Assembly (NCBI GenBank): GCA_029258795.1
Contig: JAPDKB010000020.1
Location: 1 to 21,359, forward strand
Origin: an archaeon
Lineage (GTDB): Archaea > EX4484-52 > WAPT01
Direction of reading: 5' to 3'
DNA: 21,359 bases
The notes below the pieces were generated by a model that was given only the letters and a program-made list of their open reading frames with translations, made no database searches and was not told the DNA's origin. Shown here piece by piece: positions 17,138 to 21,359 of this stretch (positions are counted from its first letter, which is position 1; each line of letters starts with the position of its first letter). Both the position numbers and the translations under genes were made by a program.

Positions 17138-17951
17138 TCTCTTTGGGAAGAAGGGTAAGAGCAGTGCATCAAAAGCTGGTAGTATTACTCCTTCCCCCTC
17201 TCCACAAAAATTACCACCCATGCAACCTGCTCCTCCAATCCCTTCTCCAATATCTGCTGCTCCCCAACCATCTTATGGGCTCGCTGATGAAACCAGATGG
17301 GTTAATTATGCCATGTCTCTCTTCTCGCAGGGGTATGGTGAAGCTGAGGTCAGGTCTGCTTTGTTATCCAACGGACTGGATGCTAATGAAATAGACAGAA
17401 TAATGACCAAAGTTATGAGGCAGGTTGTCACTTCCAGAGATAGCTATTCTCCTGCAGAATACTCAGCACCGCAGCCATTTTCGGGAGAAGACGAGGGTGT
17501 GTTTGATCTAACCCCGATGAGAAGCGGGAATGAAGAAAATGTGAGTGGTGGAAGTGAGTATTATGAGGATTATGATGAGGATTTGAGTTTCATGGAAGAA
17601 GTTTCCTCGTTAATAGAAAGCACCATAAATGAGAAGTTGGAAGTTGTGAATGACAGAATGGAAGAGATTATGAGCAGGCTTGAAAATTTAGAGAGGAATT
17701 TGAACGCGCTTTCATCAAAGTTTGAGGAGACGGTAAAAACGCTGGAAGAAAAGGACAGGGAAATTGAAAATGAGTTGAATGATCTCAAGGACAAGCTGGC
17801 AAAGTTTGACCCCAGAGTGAAAAGCTTGGAAGACGCGTTTAAAGACATAGTGCCCAACTTGGTTGATAACGTCAGAGAGGTTAGAGAGCTTGTCATGGAA
17901 ATTAAGCACAAAGAAGAAGTTAAAAAGCACAGGAAATTAAGAGAAATCTAA
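17121..17951 (+). CDS. Hypothetical protein: N-terminal amphipathic helix, Pro-rich linker, small helical domain, long coiled coil
   Basis: Likely start is GTG 17121 after GGAGGAGGAG (MGLLDNLFGKKGK), overlapping the upstream stop. The C-terminus is heptad-rich. Confidence 0.8.
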   Translation: MGLLDNLFGKKGKSSASKAGSITPSPSPQKLPPMQPAPPIPSPISAAPQPSYGLADETRWVNYAMSLFSQGYGEAEVRSALLSNGLDANEIDRIMTKVMRQVVTSRDSYSPAEYSAPQPFSGEDEGVFDLTPMRSGNEENVSGGSEYYEDYDEDLSFMEEVSSLIESTINEKLEVVNDRMEEIMSRLENLERNLNALSSKFEETVKTLEEKDREIENELNDLKDKLAKFDPRVKSLEDAFKDIVPNLVDNVREVRELVMEIKHKEEVKKHRKLREI

Positions 17952-17954
17952 AGG

Positions 17955-18416
17955 TTATTTCTTAGCTATCAAATACACAGCCCCAAAAGTCACTAAAAGA
18001 ACTATGATCGTCATGACTGTTTCTGAACTGATTGAAGCTGTGGTGCCACTTGCAAGCATGTATGCAATGGCAACTATTATTACTGCGCCTATTCCGGCTA
18101 TGTATTTGGTATCGCCTCCAAAAACCTCTTCCGGCTTGACGCCGAAAAGAGCCAAGAAAATTATCAGAATTACTATAGCGGCTATTATCGTTCCCGCTAT
18201 CCCGAAAATCTGGGTGAAGAAAACACCCCTCAATGTGTACGTTGCCAGGAAAGCTATGGCTATTGCTATTGCACCATTCACCGAAACTTCCTCACTTATC
18301 GTTTTTTTGTTCTGAAGGATTCCAAAGACCACTGCAAGGATAAGAACGAATGGCATGAAAAAGTCGTAAAATCCGAGCTGTGCCAGGTTATCAAGCACAC
18401 TCTGAATCAAAGACAT
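17955..18416 (-). CDS. Small multi-pass membrane protein, paralog A
   Basis: About 5 hydrophobic segments, motif LGFYDFFMPFVLILAVVFGILQ, RBS GGTGAG. Confidence 0.85.
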   Translation of the reverse strand: MSLIQSVLDNLAQLGFYDFFMPFVLILAVVFGILQNKKTISEEVSVNGAIAIAIAFLATYTLRGVFFTQIFGIAGTIIAAIVILIIFLALFGVKPEEVFGGDTKYIAGIGAVIIVAIAYMLASGTTASISSETVMTIIVLLVTFGAVYLIAKK

Positions 18417-18444
18417 TCGCGCTCACCTATAGGATGATTCACTT

Positions 18445-18936
18445 TCATCCTCTCATCGCTATCCAGATGACCAGCAGGATGAATCCAAATACGAACAGCA
18501 CGGTCATAGTTTCCTGCGAGATACCAGCTGAAAGTCCTCCGCCGTAAGCGTTATTGTAAACTATCCATGCAAGAATGACCAAAGCTGCAACCACAATGTA
18601 TTTTATTTTGTCTTCTTGGAATATTCCGCCTTTCCCACCTCCAATCTCGAAGCCCATTATCGCAACAAAAAGCACCAAAACTAAAAGCGCTGACAGTATC
18701 ATGGACATGCCGCCGAAGAGTCTGGAGTAATAAGCGGCTATACCTCCAACAGGAGTGTAGTTCACAACAAAGAATGCTATGGCTGCTGAGATTATTGCGA
18801 TTATACCTCTATCCTCTCCAAAAATTCCAGTCCTCTGGAGCAATCCAAAAACTATGCCGAAGAAGAGGAGCCAGGGTAAAACAAAATCATAAAAGCCGAC
18901 CTGATTCAAAATGCCTATGACATCAAGGAAGTTCAT
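18445..18936 (-). CDS. Small multi-pass membrane protein, paralog B
   Basis: MNFLDV..LNQVGFYDFVLPWLLFFGIVFGLLQ. I placed the start at ATG 18936 from RBS AAAAGGTGAG and alignment to paralog C. Confidence 0.85.
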   Translation of the reverse strand: MNFLDVIGILNQVGFYDFVLPWLLFFGIVFGLLQRTGIFGEDRGIIAIISAAIAFFVVNYTPVGGIAAYYSRLFGGMSMILSALLVLVLFVAIMGFEIGGGKGGIFQEDKIKYIVVAALVILAWIVYNNAYGGGLSAGISQETMTVLFVFGFILLVIWIAMRG

Positions 18937-18956
18937 TTGACTCACCTTTTCAACCA

Positions 18957-19481
18957 TTATTTTTCTTGTTGATTTCCTCCACCGCCTTTCCCACCGCTCA
19001 TCGCTATCCAGATGACCAGCAGGATGAATGCAAGTGTGAGTATCACCACAAGCGTGTCGTTTGAAAGCCCTGCCCTTCCGTATCCACCAAGAGCGTTGGT
19101 GTATGCTAGATAAGCAAAGATGACAAGCATTATCACGACAGCGTATTTTATCGGAGGTTGTTTATCTCCACCCTCCTTGAACACATTCTCCACACCCATG
19201 ATAGCTGCGAACAGCATTAACACGAGTAAAGCTCCTATAATCATTCCAGCCCCTCCAAACAGTGTGGAGAAAAACTGAGCAAGAGTTGTGCCAGCGGGAG
19301 TGAAAGCAACTATGAAAAACGCTATGGCTGCTGATATTATTGCGTTTATGCCTCGCTCTTCAGTTATTATTTTCTTGTTTTGTAACAATCCAAAAATTAT
19401 GCCGAAAAACAGAAGCCACGGTACGACCACATCATAAAAGCCAACCTGATTGAGCACGTTCAGCACGTCAAGGAAGTTCAT
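18957..19481 (-). CDS. Small multi-pass membrane protein, paralog C
   Basis: MNFLDVLNVLNQVGFYDVVVPWLLFFGIIFGLLQ, RBS GGTGA. Confidence 0.85.
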   Translation of the reverse strand: MNFLDVLNVLNQVGFYDVVVPWLLFFGIIFGLLQNKKIITEERGINAIISAAIAFFIVAFTPAGTTLAQFFSTLFGGAGMIIGALLVLMLFAAIMGVENVFKEGGDKQPPIKYAVVIMLVIFAYLAYTNALGGYGRAGLSNDTLVVILTLAFILLVIWIAMSGGKGGGGNQQEK

Positions 19482-19534
19482 ACTGGCATCACCACCATTT
19501 CATGGTTCTTAGTTTGATTAAGGTATTGAAGGCA

Positions 19535-19548
19535 TATATAAATTTTAT
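19535..19548 (-). promoter_or_regulatory. Putative internal TATA promoter for paralogs C-B-A
   Basis: The minus strand reads ataaaaTTTATATA, about 55 nt upstream of ATG 19481. Confidence 0.45.
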
Positions 19549-20039
19549 CCATTCTCAGTTCCCGAATGTTTAGTTCCGAGCAGCAGGATCATTACCACTA
19601 TGAAAATACCAATACCCCACACCACATTTTCTTCCATGCTCGGACTTATGAATGACAGCATTCCTCCTTGGTAAAAGATGTAGAGCAGCAAGAGAAGGAA
19701 AAAAAGAACTATCACACTTATCATTGTGTCCCTAGAAGGGGATTGAGAATCTTTATCCTTACCAATTCCCAGATTGTTCTTGATCAGAATGAAAAGGAAC
19801 AGAAAAACTAGAATTACGGCGGCGTAAGGCATTATCTGCCAGATGAACATAACGACGCTCTGGTTGAGAGAGGCAAAAAGCGCTATAGCCACGGAAACGA
19901 GAGTGGCAGCTGACTTGTCTTTACCAAGGTTTGTGAGCTTGACCGTGCCAAAAACTATTGCAAAAATTAGCAAGAATGCTCCTGCAAACTGAATCAATGG
20001 GTCATTTGCCATGAAGTATGGGGAGAGCATGGGGGTCAC
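19545..20039 (-). CDS. Small multi-pass membrane protein, divergent paralog D
   Basis: AFLLIFAIVFG..K....KDKSAATLVSVAIALFA parallels the family motif, with about 5 TM segments. The start may be ATG 20030. Confidence 0.8.
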   Translation of the reverse strand: MTPMLSPYFMANDPLIQFAGAFLLIFAIVFGTVKLTNLGKDKSAATLVSVAIALFASLNQSVVMFIWQIMPYAAVILVFLFLFILIKNNLGIGKDKDSQSPSRDTMISVIVLFFLLLLLYIFYQGGMLSFISPSMEENVVWGIGIFIVVMILLLGTKHSGTENG

Positions 20040-20062
20040 TCGCTTTAGTTTTTCAGGAACTT

Positions 20063-20857
20063 TTAAACTATTGAAGGGTCACGATTTACATCTTTTTCCG
20101 CATTTCTAGTAATTTTTTCAGCTTCTTTATCCTTTATACCTCCGCTTTCTATTGTTGCTTCTGTGTCTTTTTCTACAATCTCTTTTATTTTTTTTCCGTA
20201 TCTTTTCATATACTCTTTTTTTATCTTTTCCCAATCTTCGTTAGTTATTCCTAATTTTATTCTTGTGTTTTCATTTTCTCTGAGCTTGTATTCTACATCA
20301 GCAAGCCGTTTGTGTAACTCTTGGATAACGTACGCCCACCCTTCTCCTTTCAATTCATGTTTTGACTCTATTCTCTCTATTGCTTTTCTGAGTACTTCCC
20401 TTTCATATTCTAATCTCACGGTTTCTCCGACTAGTTGAAACAAAAATGTCTTGTCGTACCTTTTGTATTTTTTGTAGAACCATTCTCCGAGTTTTCCCAT
20501 ACCCTTTGCTCCCAGTTTTAGAAGTCCTGCTTCCGTTTCTTTGCTCATTATCATTCGTTTGAAGGTTTTGAATGTGCCTAACACAAGAGCGATTATAAAG
20601 ATAGGGACAAATAGATGAGCTATCACTGGATACCATCCGTTAACTATTATGACAGCAAGTGCTCCAATAGTTATCAAATTTTTTACTTTTGTATGACCGC
20701 CAGCAAAAGTTGAGGAGAAGACATTTAGAATTATATACAAACCTATAACTGGAAGGAGTATCCCATATACTATATCATGAGTAAACTCTCCAGTTAGAAA
20801 TGGGTCAGCAGGATCAAATCTAAGGAGGGAATAAAACAGCATGTCGTATATGTCCAT
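20063..20857 (-). CDS. Membrane protein with about 3 N-terminal TM segments and a charged helical C-terminus
   Basis: 264 aa ORF with strong RBS GGAGGTGA and an upstream TTTTTATA. The N-terminus is hydrophobic and the C-terminus K/E-rich. Confidence 0.8.
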   Translation of the reverse strand: MDIYDMLFYSLLRFDPADPFLTGEFTHDIVYGILLPVIGLYIILNVFSSTFAGGHTKVKNLITIGALAVIIVNGWYPVIAHLFVPIFIIALVLGTFKTFKRMIMSKETEAGLLKLGAKGMGKLGEWFYKKYKRYDKTFLFQLVGETVRLEYEREVLRKAIERIESKHELKGEGWAYVIQELHKRLADVEYKLRENENTRIKLGITNEDWEKIKKEYMKRYGKKIKEIVEKDTEATIESGGIKDKEAEKITRNAEKDVNRDPSIV

Positions 20858-20907
20858 ATGGTTTCACCTCCATTACCGAAATTTTCATTTTCTTTCAATA
20901 TAAAAAT

Positions 20908-21359
20908 TTACTTCCCTTTCCGATTATATCTTTTTTTCCCATACTCATAAATAGCCGCTTGAATGATGTTTATCTTATCCTCAAGCTTTTCCAAACTTTC
21001 TCCAGCGGATGTTATTGCTTTATAAATCACATCGTAAAGGCCTTCGTCGACCTCCCTAACCTCGTTCAACATTCCTAAAAGCTCAGTGAGCAATTGCTGG
21101 TGTTCCTCATATTTCTGTCTTGCCCATTCCTCAAAATCACTTTTCTCCACTTTACCATATTCCTCTCTACTCTCTCGAACCACCCCTTTATTCTATCAAA
21201 TATCGCTGAAGGATCTCCGTAGATTAAGGATGCGACTCCTAGATCATCGTTACTAGTTATTTCTGGTTTGCCTTCTTTATTTTCTTTATAAAAGAGTTGG
21301 AATCCTAGTGGTTCGTACTCCTCTTTCATTGGAATCCTATCAGTTTGATTGTTTTCTTC
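20908..21359 (-). pseudogene. 3' part of an apparently frameshifted gene entering from the right edge
   Basis: One frame is open from 21359 (EENNQTDRIPMKEE...KGWFERVE) and overlaps a second frame (EEYGKVEKSDFEEWARQK...). Deleting one AG unit at 21163-21176 fuses them. Confidence 0.5.

Noticed and set aside
16550-17221. 223-aa hydrophobic-looking minus ORF
   Set aside because: It is the antisense of purine-rich coiled-coil genes, which automatically yields L/F/Y-rich text, and it crosses the promoter region.
17955-20039. Type IV prepilins
   Set aside because: No basic leader followed by a G/A cleavage site and a single hydrophobic helix; these proteins are multi-pass.

Overview
Archaeal window, probably from a thermophilic DPANN-type lineage. 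This is inferred from TATA/BRE promoters, GGTGA ribosome-binding sites, E/K-rich proteins and gene content. From left to right it holds: (1) a minus-strand S-layer protein gene running off the left edge, missed by the ORF track, with a 5' leader hairpin; (2) five tandem AAA_14/DUF4143 (COG1373-type) ATPases; (3) TmcA/Nat10 ac4C acetyltransferase head-to-head with an ASCH-domain protein; (4) a type IV pilus/Tad-like ATPase and membrane platform, with two divergently transcribed coiled-coil proteins; (5) a tandem family of small multi-pass membrane proteins and an AT-richer right end with an apparently frameshifted gene. The best candidate for a new system is the ATPase array. The five bodies are strongly diverged, but their 3' ends are a near-identical nucleotide mosaic. 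Each gene also has its own apparently leaderless promoter, with the TATA box bracketed by a paralog-specific repeat or palindrome (32-33 bp period in copies 1-4). This suggests shufflable, self-regulating cassettes. The second candidate is the TmcA-ASCH pair as an ac4C writer plus hydrolase or reader. All assignments come from reading motifs by eye; no searches were run.
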